Positions 42,684-55,812 of a DNA stretch of 64,000 nucleotides are shown in pieces. Source of the DNA: a virus; UHGV virus genome UHGV-2111131; one strand, written 5' to 3'. Every line of letters begins with the position of its first letter. Position 1 is the first letter of the stretch. Position numbers and translations under genes: made by a program. The notes below the pieces were generated by a model. The model saw nothing but the letters and a program-made list of their open reading frames with translations, made no database searches and had not been told where the DNA came from.

Positions 42684-42932
42684 TTAATCAGCATTCAGGA
42701 GCAATGCGTTATCTATGATGATCTGCTCCCATTCTTCGAATGCCCGGTCACGGACGCCCTGGGGAACGCTGTTAGTTTTGAAATCGACGACCGTCCGCCA
42801 TTTTCCGTCCGGACGGTACATGCGCAGAGCTTTACTTCCCCCTTCCCTGCGCACCTCAACGTTATGCTTGTCAGCAAACTCTTGTAATGCTCGTAGCGTC
42901 CCATGCTTTACTGTGTAGTATCGCTTTTTCAA
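42684..42932 (-). CDS. lxc: Small protein, 82 aa (TTG start with GGAGAG RBS)
   Basis: Position between the cargo slot and ulx/darB; name by synteny. Confidence 0.5.
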   Translation of the reverse strand: MKKRYYTVKHGTLRALQEFADKHNVEVRREGGSKALRMYRPDGKWRTVVDFKTNSVPQGVRDRAFEEWEQIIIDNALLLNAD

Positions 42933-43369
42933 GTTTTCTCTCCAGCCTGTGCTAAGGCTTCAACTTCCAAATCGTAAGACTCAAACTCATAGTCCTGGTC
43001 GTCAACCTCTTCAGGCACTGGCAGTAAATGCCAGGCTGAGTATATCTGACCATTATCAAAACGCTCCTGGCTGTAGAGCGTCGCGGCTATGAGTGTCAGC
43101 GCCGGGCGGTCATAACGGTAAATTTTGCGAACGTCACGGTCAACGAGACGACCGAAATTACCATAACCGCGCTCCAGTAATAATTTTTTAATTTCCGGCC
43201 AGTATGGGCCATAGCTGCGGTACAGGCGGGGATTTTTCAGTAATCGCCCGCGTAGCCCTGACAGGAAGAAATCAACGTATTCGTCTTCTGTCTTTCCTAA
43301 CAACGCTGTACGCAGTACCGCCTCAAGATATGTTTTATTCGGTTTTATTGTATCAGATAGTGTGGCCAT
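42929..43369 (-). CDS. ulx: Hypothetical protein, 146 aa, immediately upstream of darB
   Basis: Co-oriented with and adjacent to darB. Confidence 0.55.
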   Translation of the reverse strand: MATLSDTIKPNKTYLEAVLRTALLGKTEDEYVDFFLSGLRGRLLKNPRLYRSYGPYWPEIKKLLLERGYGNFGRLVDRDVRKIYRYDRPALTLIAATLYSQERFDNGQIYSAWHLLPVPEEVDDQDYEFESYDLEVEALAQAGEKT

Positions 43370-43402
43370 ATTATGCGACGCCCGGCGAACCGGGCGCTCC
43401 TG

Positions 43403-46400
43403 TTATGCGTATTGTTGGATGACGGCCAGAACGTCCGCCACGTTGTGTTTTGTCTCGATAATCCACCAGTTACCCGGGAAATCGCTGTTCTTCGCCTTCG
43501 CTGGCAGCCAGCGAGCGCCGAATTTCGCCTTGATTGCGTCTTTCGCACGGAAAAGAACTCCTTTCATGCCTGAGGCTTCCTGAAGCCCAAATACCTCGCC
43601 AGCGGCGAATTTTGGTGCGTACATCATCTTCAGGTCGGCGGTGGATACGCGATAATTCAGACCAAGAGACTGAGCTATGCTGGTGGCATCACCCTGTATT
43701 GATGATAACTCTTCTTGTTTCTCGTTTCTGGCGGCAATTTCTTCCTCCGTGATGTTGCCAAGGGCCAGGTTTATCCGATCAGCGTCGGCCTGTTTCTCTT
43801 CATCGGTGCGCCCGGCAAGAACCGTGTTAATTCTCTGCAATATCTCCACATGATTCTTGCGCATGCTGAGCAATTCCGGCGTAACCTCGTTAAGATCCAC
43901 CAGCCCAAGGATAGCAAGGTCGGAAAACATTGATACCAGGTTGTAGGTCATGCGATAGCTGAGTTGGCCATAGGCTGATGGCAACTGCACCGAATCCATT
44001 TTATAGGCATCCATAAATTTAGAGCCGTCGTTTACGACATCCGCAATTGCAGGTGTGATTTTCCCTGTGGTGGCGGCCTCCCTGATTGCTGTTACCCACG
44101 ATTGAGTCAGCGCGGCGACTGCATGATTCAGATTGGCTTCCCGTTCTGCTGCGATGCGCGCGCTTGCTGCGTCCATTGCCTGCTTGATCTCGGCTTTATT
44201 GCTGTAAATGCCAATAGTGCCAAACTGTGCTGTGGTGATCTCATAATCTGACGCCCGGAACTCATGGGTACCGAAAATGGCATTGGTGACCTCAAGTTCA
44301 GAATCCCCGTTACGAGTAGCCCCCTGGCTTGTTTTCTCCGGCATTTTTGCGATCGCATCCACTATTTTCTCCTGAATTGCTTCAGGGGATAGCGTATCTC
44401 CGTATGACGCGATTACATCGCCATAATTGGAGCCAAACAATTCAACCAGGAATGTTTCTGCCGAACGGATCTGGCGGTTATTCCCTTCCGACATCATACC
44501 AAGCACCCATTTTGCAATTGACGACTTCAGCGCGCCGTCACGGCGATCCGGGTAAACCGCATGCTTCAGTGGGTCCGTATAGGTACCAACAAAATCAATG
44601 CTATAGCCTGACTCTGTAGTCTGAACGCCGTATGAGTCAGTGATTTTGATCATGCCGCGCTGCTGGAAACGGTAGAAATCGTCACAGGAAATGATGTCGT
44701 TAATCCCAGCGATGGAGACGCCACCACTGATTTTCTGCATAACAGCATCTTCATCGGGAGTTACATCCACCTGTTTATCCAGCGTCTTCACATCCCAGTT
44801 ACCCGATTTGGTGCCTCTTAAGGTAAAGATGATCTCCACGTCTGCGCGCTGGCTGTCGAAGTCCAGCGACTTAATGCGAACGATATCACCGGCACAATCG
44901 TAGTATTGGCCTACACGCCATGAGCGATCGCCGATAACAAGGAACTCATTCGCATGGTTAACCAGATCAGGATCAACATCCAGAATGCCTTTATTTATTG
45001 CATCCTCCACCAGCGGGCGCAGGCGTTTGATATCCGTCGCGGCCTTCTGAGTACGGTTCAATAATTTCTCATAGCGGGAGATGGCCTGAGAGATATTAGC
45101 CTTGCGCTGAATGGCGCTTTTCAACGACGCGCGATACTGTGCTAACAACATACGGTCTGTGTGATGGACACTCCCCCAGCGGGCCTTCCAGTCTGCGTTA
45201 TCCGCTGCCTTGGCCATTGCCGCCTGTTTGAATTTAGCTACCTCGGCGGTGGTCTTTTCAAGTTCCGCTTTGCTTCGCTCTAATTCAGCGGTAAGTACCT
45301 CCACATCCTCGCCAGCTGCGTGCTGCGCCTTGATGTAGTTCTGAAGGTCGATAGTAGCCTGTTCTTTCTGGCGAGCGCGTTTCGCAGCTTTCGCCTTATC
45401 CATTTGAACCTGCATCATTGCCAGACGTTCGCCGTCATCCTTCGCGGTATACATCTGCATTTCGATCATGTCATTGGCGTCGGCGTTCTCCATTTCTGAC
45501 TTATCTGAACGGAGGATATCGGAGATCCAGCCTGCTTTACGCTTCAGCGTCTTCAGTCGGTATTCATCGAAAGACCCCTTGCCGCAGTAGTAGTGAACGC
45601 GAACGCTTGCACGGTTGGAACCAACTCGGGCACCGCGACCGTTACGCTGTGCGATACTGGCTGGTGTCCACGGCAACGTCAGGTGGTGGATATCCGTCGT
45701 TCCTCGATGCAGGTTGATACCCACCTCTGCCTTTTTGTTGCAGATGATGATCGGAGTCCGGCCCTCCTGGAAGTCGGCTGCAATCTTTTCCAGACCGCCC
45801 AACGACATTTCATTTTGCTGCGCGATATAGGCGTCATACAGAGCCATTTGCTCGTTGTATTTCGCTATCTGTGCATCTGTTGGTTCATCCGGTAGCTCTT
45901 TCGGCGGTTTAACCGCTTTCAGTTTCTTACCGGTTTTACCTGCCTCGGCAACCGTCTGAGCATTCAGGATCCCCACCTTTGAAGGTTCAAGGTTTAGAGC
46001 ATTGCAGATAATGCGCTTGAGCTTCTGGTGCTGCGTTTTTTCATCGGTGAAGATGATTTGCTTACCTTCCGGGAAAAACTCCTTCAGCGTGGCGATCAGC
46101 TTCGCGTATTTGGGCGTAACGGGGTGAGTTACGGTCTGTTCGTCAATGCCAAACCTGGCCAGGCGCTTATTCACTTCCTGCTCGAACGCTTCCGGAACCT
46201 GCAACTGAATAAACTCGCCCTTATCTATCAGGGAGTATTGCGATTGCTGCGTGATTGAATCATCACTGTCGTCGTCTTCGCTGGTGGCTTGTTTAGGCAA
46301 ACTGTCCGCCAGCTGCTGCACCGCATCGGCGTACTCCGGCAGGAAACGATAGGTGATCCGGCGATAGTACAGGTCCATGTCAGTACATACGCGGTCCATA

Positions 46401-49400
46401 TCCCTGATTATTGAGAAGATCGGACGGGCTTTCTCGTGCTCAATCACGCCGTCTTCATTGACCGAGGTCGTTACGCCATTGTTGGCTTTGGCCGCCGCTT
46501 CCGCCTGCTGACGCAATTCTTCATACGCCGCCAGTTGTTCTTCAGTAAGTGGTGCATCCTGCTGGTGTTCGTCCAGCTCCGGGATCTCCACGGTATCCTT
46601 AACGTCTTCCGCCGTTTTAAGCGTTACCCAGCGATGGAATATACCGCGCAGCGCATCAAGGTTTTCAAAGCCCACCAGCGCCATTTTTTCTTCAACTTCA
46701 CCGCTGATTTTCTGTACCGTTTCCAGCCTGGTCTTGCCGAAGAATTTAACGAAGTCATCAGGACCGTAGATCCCCATGTTCTGCCAGTATTCCTTCGGCA
46801 GAACATGAGAAAGCATGTTGTATGCATCGATCGGGGTGTTAACGACTGGCGTTGCAGTCAGGAGAACCGGCCCGCGCCCGCCATTCTTTTTCATCAGGTA
46901 CGCGTTTTTAATTGCCATATCTCGCGCCGATTGCGCCACCGCGCTGGTGGGCAGATAGGCCAGTTGTGACGCTTCGCGACCATTTTTATAGCTATTGCGG
47001 TAGTTGTGACCTTCGTCAGCGATCACACTATCGAAGCCCATATCCTCAAAGTACGGATACTTCTCTGCTTTTTCGGTGCCGGTATCTGAATACTCCGACA
47101 ATACCCGGCGACGCGCGGCCTCTTTGCGGTGGGAGTCGGAGTCCATTGCGCTGGCTACGCGTCCGGCGGCAACGAAGTCATAAAGCATATCCTGTGCATG
47201 CTCATCTACGGTGTCATCACGTAGCGGAATGCGGGCGTATTGTTCTTTGGTAAACACGACTGCACGGTAATTTGAGTGCGGGATCGCGTTCATCCGCGCC
47301 GTGATAGTGGCTTCATCTGCCAGCTTAAGAGCATCGCGCATAACTGGAGTGCCATCAGTACCAAGAACAGGTTTACCGTTCTCATCGAGCACCGGCACCT
47401 GGCGAATCTGATCGCCATCCATCAGCACATCAAGACCGACGAACAGGTAGTTACTGAATGCCTCTTCACTCAGGAATTCTTTTGCTTCGTAATACCAGTT
47501 TTCCAGCACTGATTTAGGCACTACATACGCAGTACGGGTGGAGCGACCGTTCTCATAGTTGAACGCCTCAAGCGCCAGCGCGGTCGTGGTTTTACCCAGC
47601 CCGGTGCCGAAGCCCAGGATGCCGCGCCCATCTTCGGACAGTCGGCGCACCTCGCTATTCTGGTAATCAAATGGCTGGCGCTTACCGCTTAATCCCTTCA
47701 ACCCAAGCGGATCGCCAGAGTGTTCATACGGGATATTGCTATTGAACACATCGTTGTATTTGGCAACCAGCTCATCGTAGCGATCGTGCGTCTTGATCCA
47801 CTTATTGAACTGGTCCTCAAGCAGTGCCATCTGCTCGCGGTAGCCGTTCGCCGTCGCGCTATCTTTGCCACCGATACGCGCACCATTGAGATACTTTTCC
47901 AGCTGTGCCGGGAACCCGGTCGCGTTTTCACCTGATTTACGGTCCCACTCGTAGCGGATCTCGCCTGTTTCTTTATCCTTGCGCTGGACGACACCGTATC
48001 GGTGCCCGACGAACAGACCATCACCACCGTGATAGGTGTCAGAAACCATTTCGTCGCCTTCCAGCTGCACTGACTGCACATAGCGCAGATCCGGATAGCC
48101 GTTTTCCTGCAAAAATTCCAGAATGACGGAACGGTCGAACCAACGGCTATTGAGCTTAAACCGGATATTCTCTGCTGGCGTCTTGATGCGCTTCTCTTCG
48201 ATCGCTGCCAGCTGATTAAGGACGTTGTTCTTTACTGGACCGTCGGTGAGCGTGGCGAGGAATTCCTGTTTTGGAGCCACTATCTCGTTAATGTCGCCGC
48301 TGGTGGCGCGGGCGAACGGAACAATCCCGCCATACGGTGAAACCGCAATGCCAGGGGTGCTGGCCAATAAATTAAGCAACTCGTCATCACTGGCTGGCAG
48401 TTCGCCGGTAAACGCAAGGCGGAAATCATCGAGCTGGATTGGATCGCGAGTGAGATCACTGTAGAGATAACGCAGGGTGTCCTGATAGCTGGTGGAGTCA
48501 TAACTGGCGCTGGAATCATGCGTAACCAGTTTTCCTGTCAGCTCGTCAGAAATAGTGCCATCCAGCTTAATTGCACCACGGAAAGCAAACCAGGCGCGCG
48601 CACCGCTCCCCGATAATTTCGCTATCGGACCGCGACTGGGGTTACCAAAACGGTCAATCTCTGCCTGCAAACGGGATACCAGAGAAAGGCGCTGCTGTTC
48701 GATTTGTTCAGCACTATGCCCGGCGGCCTTCATATCCTGATATTCAATTAACATCCGGCCAATCATCGCCCCACGATACAAGCGTTCACGGTATTTTTCA
48801 GGCTGGCTGTTAATCCAGTCCACCAGCTGCACCATATCGTCGCTGATTGATGTGGTGTACTTATCGCGGACATTTGCCATCTGGGTAAATGTCATACCGA
48901 GACGGCCTTCTGTTGTAGTCAGGTTACGCTGAAGAGCCTCCCAGCTATCCGCGCCATAACTGGCAACCTCAATCTTCAGCTCCTTCCCGGCATCAGCTTC
49001 AATCCAGCGACCACCAGCATATTTTTGCCATACGCCATTAATCAGGCGCATTTCCCCTTCATCAACAACATCTGCGGTCGGTGACGGTTCAGCCATATCG
49101 AGCAAAGACCAGTCGATACGACTTTCGAAACGATGAATCAGCTTCGCTTTAAGAGCCTGGTTATCAATCTGCCCGTCGGCACGAACCTCAATACGCCCCT
49201 GGAAGCCCTTTTCCTGGGTGCCATGAACAAACCGGCGGCCGTCCTTTTCAAACCACTTGCCAGAAATAAACGTTGGCCAAAGCACATTTGCCGATTCGAG
49301 AGTGCTTTCATCCACCAGGGGGATTTTCTCAGCCATCTCTGCCGGATGTTTGCGCATCAGCACCACATCAACGACTGTACTGGTCCCGTTTGCGTCAAAA

Positions 49401-50170
49401 GTACCGGTAGGCAAGCGGTGGGCACCAAGAAATTCAGCTTTCCGTGATAGGCGCAGGCGTAACCGCTTCATGTTTGAACCTGAAACAATGGACGGCGGCA
49501 CAATCACGCACATGAATCCGCCTGGCTTTATCTTGTCCAGCATGCGGAGCATGAAGTAAGAACCCATGTCCGTTTCTTCTGCGTAAGGCTTATCGATGTT
49601 GCGTGTGTTATCACGACCACCGAACGGAACGTTACCCACAACATGGTCGAATGAATCGTTAGGCGTGCTTACAGCCAGTTGTTCGAACGGGGAAATCTGT
49701 ACGCTGTCTTCCGGATGTAACAGCTGGTTTATACGACCGGAAACACTGCTGATCTCAGTCGCGGTCATCACCGTACCAACCGGTTTTGTCTCATTAAAAA
49801 CGCCGGTGCCCGCCGATGGTTCCAGAGTGTTACCTACGTCCGCGCCGTAGAGCTTCATGATCTCCCAGACACCTTCAGCGATCGGCTTTGGTGTGTAATA
49901 TTCGGAGACGGACCCGCCAATGCCGCCTTCACCGGTGTACCCAGCCAGGATCTGGCGCTGTTCATCGGTCAGTGTCGCGCCGTCCACCAGCGAATTAAGC
50001 AAATCTATCGCCTTCTGATTCGCCTCACGGCGCAGTCGGTCATAGCTTTTGCCTTCCACCTTTTCCACGCCGTATTTAATCGGCGCTCGGTGAGATGTTA
50101 TTGCCCTAATGTATTTTAATATTTCGCTGACACTTGAACAGCGAAACACCCCCATAGATAGCTTGTTCAT
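43403..50170 (-). CDS. darB: Giant 2255-aa methyltransferase-helicase (anti-restriction DarB-like)
   Basis: N-terminal N6-MTase-like motifs (EPSAGTGVF, VGNVPFGG), central DEAH-type helicase motifs (GFGTGLGKT, VIADEGHNYRN); length equals P1 DarB as recalled. Confidence 0.85.
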   Translation of the reverse strand: MNKLSMGVFRCSSVSEILKYIRAITSHRAPIKYGVEKVEGKSYDRLRREANQKAIDLLNSLVDGATLTDEQRQILAGYTGEGGIGGSVSEYYTPKPIAEGVWEIMKLYGADVGNTLEPSAGTGVFNETKPVGTVMTATEISSVSGRINQLLHPEDSVQISPFEQLAVSTPNDSFDHVVGNVPFGGRDNTRNIDKPYAEETDMGSYFMLRMLDKIKPGGFMCVIVPPSIVSGSNMKRLRLRLSRKAEFLGAHRLPTGTFDANGTSTVVDVVLMRKHPAEMAEKIPLVDESTLESANVLWPTFISGKWFEKDGRRFVHGTQEKGFQGRIEVRADGQIDNQALKAKLIHRFESRIDWSLLDMAEPSPTADVVDEGEMRLINGVWQKYAGGRWIEADAGKELKIEVASYGADSWEALQRNLTTTEGRLGMTFTQMANVRDKYTTSISDDMVQLVDWINSQPEKYRERLYRGAMIGRMLIEYQDMKAAGHSAEQIEQQRLSLVSRLQAEIDRFGNPSRGPIAKLSGSGARAWFAFRGAIKLDGTISDELTGKLVTHDSSASYDSTSYQDTLRYLYSDLTRDPIQLDDFRLAFTGELPASDDELLNLLASTPGIAVSPYGGIVPFARATSGDINEIVAPKQEFLATLTDGPVKNNVLNQLAAIEEKRIKTPAENIRFKLNSRWFDRSVILEFLQENGYPDLRYVQSVQLEGDEMVSDTYHGGDGLFVGHRYGVVQRKDKETGEIRYEWDRKSGENATGFPAQLEKYLNGARIGGKDSATANGYREQMALLEDQFNKWIKTHDRYDELVAKYNDVFNSNIPYEHSGDPLGLKGLSGKRQPFDYQNSEVRRLSEDGRGILGFGTGLGKTTTALALEAFNYENGRSTRTAYVVPKSVLENWYYEAKEFLSEEAFSNYLFVGLDVLMDGDQIRQVPVLDENGKPVLGTDGTPVMRDALKLADEATITARMNAIPHSNYRAVVFTKEQYARIPLRDDTVDEHAQDMLYDFVAAGRVASAMDSDSHRKEAARRRVLSEYSDTGTEKAEKYPYFEDMGFDSVIADEGHNYRNSYKNGREASQLAYLPTSAVAQSARDMAIKNAYLMKKNGGRGPVLLTATPVVNTPIDAYNMLSHVLPKEYWQNMGIYGPDDFVKFFGKTRLETVQKISGEVEEKMALVGFENLDALRGIFHRWVTLKTAEDVKDTVEIPELDEHQQDAPLTEEQLAAYEELRQQAEAAAKANNGVTTSVNEDGVIEHEKARPIFSIIRDMDRVCTDMDLYYRRITYRFLPEYADAVQQLADSLPKQATSEDDDSDDSITQQSQYSLIDKGEFIQLQVPEAFEQEVNKRLARFGIDEQTVTHPVTPKYAKLIATLKEFFPEGKQIIFTDEKTQHQKLKRIICNALNLEPSKVGILNAQTVAEAGKTGKKLKAVKPPKELPDEPTDAQIAKYNEQMALYDAYIAQQNEMSLGGLEKIAADFQEGRTPIIICNKKAEVGINLHRGTTDIHHLTLPWTPASIAQRNGRGARVGSNRASVRVHYYCGKGSFDEYRLKTLKRKAGWISDILRSDKSEMENADANDMIEMQMYTAKDDGERLAMMQVQMDKAKAAKRARQKEQATIDLQNYIKAQHAAGEDVEVLTAELERSKAELEKTTAEVAKFKQAAMAKAADNADWKARWGSVHHTDRMLLAQYRASLKSAIQRKANISQAISRYEKLLNRTQKAATDIKRLRPLVEDAINKGILDVDPDLVNHANEFLVIGDRSWRVGQYYDCAGDIVRIKSLDFDSQRADVEIIFTLRGTKSGNWDVKTLDKQVDVTPDEDAVMQKISGGVSIAGINDIISCDDFYRFQQRGMIKITDSYGVQTTESGYSIDFVGTYTDPLKHAVYPDRRDGALKSSIAKWVLGMMSEGNNRQIRSAETFLVELFGSNYGDVIASYGDTLSPEAIQEKIVDAIAKMPEKTSQGATRNGDSELEVTNAIFGTHEFRASDYEITTAQFGTIGIYSNKAEIKQAMDAASARIAAEREANLNHAVAALTQSWVTAIREAATTGKITPAIADVVNDGSKFMDAYKMDSVQLPSAYGQLSYRMTYNLVSMFSDLAILGLVDLNEVTPELLSMRKNHVEILQRINTVLAGRTDEEKQADADRINLALGNITEEEIAARNEKQEELSSIQGDATSIAQSLGLNYRVSTADLKMMYAPKFAAGEVFGLQEASGMKGVLFRAKDAIKAKFGARWLPAKAKNSDFPGNWWIIETKHNVADVLAVIQQYA

Positions 50171-50237
50171 TGGTAATCCTTAACAAGTGACTAGTGTTAA
50201 ATTTCCGTTCAAACACGATGCAAATTATTCTAATTAA

Positions 50238-52968
<2,731 letters not shown>

Positions 52969-52981
52969 CCACCAAAAATAA

Positions 52982-53003
52982 CCCCGGCGGCTGCCGGGGT
53001 TCT
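52982..53003. terminator. GC-rich hairpin CCCCGGC-GGCT-GCCGGGG between convergent pro and lyz
   Basis: Perfect 7-bp stem with A-rich upstream and T-containing downstream flank. Confidence 0.55.
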
Positions 53004-53259
53004 CGTTAACTATTATCGCCTTCGCCTGCGTGCCATATATTTGCGCACCGCGCGGCGTGGACAATCTGAAGCGGTTTCTTTCTGCTGCATCAATCTTGCA
53101 GCCATGCTCAAAAATGTCAGGCACAGTCGAAGCCCAGCATACAATAGCGGTTCCAGTGGCCACGTCTCATTGAGCACATATACCGCCATGAAAATCGAGT
53201 CGAAAACTATCGCCGCCAGCGATAACTTCATTGTCGAAAGTCGGCGGAGCTGCCGGAGT

Positions 53260-53817
53260 TTATTCATTGACCAGTCCCGTCAGGCAAAGCTGGCGTTCTT
53301 TTTCACGGCGAATCTTTAAACCTCGCAGGGGCACGCCGTTACTGTTCACGAAATCAGGGAGATGGTTACACATATTCACCCATTCCCCTTTCTGCGCCCA
53401 CTTGTGGATGGACGTTTCTACTCGCATGCCTCGCGCTTTGCTGTAGTAGGTTCGTAAGCTATTGCATCCCATATTGAATGCCGCGCTTGTCATTGCACTG
53501 AAGGCATTATCGGGCATGTCTTTGCCCCGGAAGTGCTGGTTAATACAGCGTTCAGCGATCAGGATATTCTTTTCCCAATCAGCGGCGATTTGCTGGTCTG
53601 TTTTTCGCACACCCGGCGTTACCCCGTGTGTATTACCGATCCCGTCAGTCCATACCCCTGCCGGGCACATGTATGGATCACGTCGGCAACCTTCAGCGTT
53701 ACCAATCAGCTCAAGCCCCGCCTGGTTGGTTCGCACATTGCCATTACCCATCACGATGGTAATCATCACCGCGATAGCGCAAATTGCACCGCCCCCTGCG
53801 GCTGTTTTTCCCTTCAT
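53260..53817 (-). CDS. lyz: SAR-type endolysin (T4-lysozyme-like), 185 aa
   Basis: N-terminal Gly/Ala-rich weakly hydrophobic segment (TAAGGGAICAIAVMITIVMG) typical of signal-arrest-release lysozymes; size matches P1 Lyz. Confidence 0.8.
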   Translation of the reverse strand: MKGKTAAGGGAICAIAVMITIVMGNGNVRTNQAGLELIGNAEGCRRDPYMCPAGVWTDGIGNTHGVTPGVRKTDQQIAADWEKNILIAERCINQHFRGKDMPDNAFSAMTSAAFNMGCNSLRTYYSKARGMRVETSIHKWAQKGEWVNMCNHLPDFVNSNGVPLRGLKIRREKERQLCLTGLVNE

Positions 53818-53950
53818 AAAGACCTCATAAGCGAATTTTTTACGCTCCAGGACAAACACCCATTCACAGCCAATACCGACTGACTCGATCCCTTTAGAAG
53901 GCACAGGATAATGCAAATCACTTGTTAGCTACGTTTCAAAGATATACATT

Positions 53951-53967
53951 ATTGCTCTAATTAATTT
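53951..53967 (+). promoter_or_regulatory. C1 operator-like site ATTGCTCTAATTAATTT between divergent lyz and ssb
   Basis: 15/17 consensus match. Confidence 0.6.
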
Positions 53968-53986
53968 ATTTTATTAGGTAAGATAA

Positions 53987-54475
53987 GTGGCACAACGCGG
54001 TGTAAACAAAGTCATCCTGATTGGTACCCTGGGGCAAGACCCGGAGATCAGGTATATACCAAATGGCGGAGCGGTCGGAATACTCAGCATCGCAACGAAT
54101 GAATCATGGCGCGACAAGCAAACGGGCCAACAGAAAGAGCAAACAGAATGGCATAAAGTCGTTTTGTTCGGAAAACTTGCTGAAATTGCGAGTGAATATT
54201 TACGAAAAGGTTCTCAGGTCTACATCGAAGGGAAACTTAAAACCCGTAAGTGGACAGATGACGCCGGTGTAGAACGTTACACGACGGAAATTATCGTCAG
54301 CCAGGGCGGCACCATGCAAATGATCGGCACTCGCCGTGACGATTCACAGTCCTCAAATGGCTGGGGGCAATCAAACCAACCTCAAAACCACCAGCAATAC
54401 AGCGGTGGCGGCAAACCTCAGAGCAGCGCCAATAACGAACCTCCAATGGACTTTGACGACGATATTCCGTTTTAG
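53987..54475 (+). CDS. ssb: Single-stranded DNA-binding protein (GTG start)
   Basis: [17 protein letters not shown]...NGGAV... and acidic C-terminal tail DFDDDIPF closely resemble E. coli SSB. Confidence 0.9.
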   Translation: MAQRGVNKVILIGTLGQDPEIRYIPNGGAVGILSIATNESWRDKQTGQQKEQTEWHKVVLFGKLAEIASEYLRKGSQVYIEGKLKTRKWTDDAGVERYTTEIIVSQGGTMQMIGTRRDDSQSSNGWGQSNQPQNHQQYSGGGKPQSSANNEPPMDFDDDIPF

Positions 54476-54509
54476 AGTTTATGAGTAAAAAACGACTGAA
54501 AGAAAAGCG

Positions 54510-55472
54510 GTGGTCAAGACGCCGACAAAAGCACGAACTCGCAAAAAAACGCCAAAGTTGGCAATGGCACGCGCTTTTCACGAAAAGAACACCCCGAGAT
54601 ATTGCTTTCGCTGGTGGGAAAACATTCCTGACCCACCTAAAGGCGCAATACATCAGTTTTTAAGCAGAGAAAAGACTATGACAGCACAAAATACTAAAAC
54701 AATTCAATACCGCCTGCGTAATGGCCAGAGTGTCGAAGTGACCATCAATAATGATGGTGTACCTGGCGAAAAGGTTTCTATCTCTGATCTGGCTATCGAA
54801 AAAACCATCATGTGCCACCTTGGCTTTACTGAAGAAGTGAGCAAAAAGCATGGTGTAGCTATCTGGCGCACAATGGATACTGGCATGCGCAGATTCATTA
54901 CTGCTCGTACCCCTGGTATGACCATGATGGACCTCATACAGATTGCGCCGCTGTTTGAGTGTGAACCTTTGGATGTATTCAGCAATCCAGCTATCTGCCA
55001 GCAGTTATATGGTGAGATGAAACTCGCGGTTACCCCCATTGTGCTGCATGAAGGATCGCTTGCTGGCGTATGGAAAGTAGAGCGAATTTCAAGCTACATG
55101 CCATTCCACATCCATGTCAACGGCGTAATCGCAGGTGAAAATCAACCTGTTTCAGTTACAAAGTCAGACCTCAATCGCGCAATTCTTGAAGCAAGTTGTC
55201 GAGTTATCGGCCTGGGCAAACAGTCTTATGTTTCCTTCCCGGCTGGTCCTGAAGGCCCGGCAGAAATTCTGATTATGGATGCCGATCTGCTCTGGCAAAT
55301 ACAGTTTCTGATTGGCAAAAGCATCATCCGCGCTGAAGAACTCGATCAGTACATTACCTGCACGATGACGGATGAAGTCAAAAGTGTGGCTATAGCCAAT
55401 GCCCGGAACCTGTGTCGTGCTGCATTAACAGAACTGCAAGAAAACACCACGGAAGAAGTGGAAAGCGATTAA
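54510..55472 (+). CDS. Hypothetical protein (start uncertain; in-frame ATG at 54678 would give 264 aa)
   Basis: Intact ORF. Confidence 0.45.
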   Translation: MVKTPTKARTRKKTPKLAMARAFHEKNTPRYCFRWWENIPDPPKGAIHQFLSREKTMTAQNTKTIQYRLRNGQSVEVTINNDGVPGEKVSISDLAIEKTIMCHLGFTEEVSKKHGVAIWRTMDTGMRRFITARTPGMTMMDLIQIAPLFECEPLDVFSNPAICQQLYGEMKLAVTPIVLHEGSLAGVWKVERISSYMPFHIHVNGVIAGENQPVSVTKSDLNRAILEASCRVIGLGKQSYVSFPAGPEGPAEILIMDADLLWQIQFLIGKSIIRAEELDQYITCTMTDEVKSVAIANARNLCRAALTELQENTTEEVESD

Positions 55473-55500
55473 AAAAATCCCGCCGATTGGCGGGATTTCT

Positions 55501-55812
55501 TCAATATACGATCTGGTCTACATGATCACCAAAATCATCGTCGTCGTCGTCCTCATCGCCACCCTCTACTGCTGGCCAATCAACAAACCAGCCAGCGTAA
55601 AGATGCAGCGTTCGGAGAACATCACTTGCGGGAGCATCAAGGGTGTTAACGAATCCCATATAGCTATTGGGATTTGCCCCAGCTATGGCTTCAGCGATCA
55701 TGTCCTCGGTAATGTCACCGGAGATAATGCTTAAACGCCCGGAAACTTCTTCATTATCATCAAATTCGATAATGGCATCTCCGCCTAATGGCGCTGCGAT
55801 TTTAATCTGCAT
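55501..55812 (-). CDS. Small acidic protein, 103 aa
   Basis: Intact ORF at the distal end of the DarA operon; poly-Asp stretch. Confidence 0.45.
   Translation of the reverse strand: MQIKIAAPLGGDAIIEFDDNEEVSGRLSIISGDITEDMIAEAIAGANPNSYMGFVNTLDAPASDVLRTLHLYAGWFVDWPAVEGGDEDDDDDDFGDHVDQIVY

Noticed and set aside
44128-49850. Numerous plus-strand ORFs of 60-180 aa inside darB
   Set aside because: All are antisense to a long, motif-rich coding sequence and have biased low-complexity composition; spurious
43403-50170. Giant 2255-aa ORF as a possible novel defense protein
   Set aside because: Methyltransferase plus helicase motifs, length and position next to the ulx-like gene fit the known P1 DarB anti-restriction protein, so it is backbone rather than novel cargo
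54481-54663. Highly basic 60-aa ORF immediately after ssb
   Set aside because: No RBS, overlaps the larger in-frame-independent ORF beginning at 54510, and its composition looks like an out-of-frame artefact
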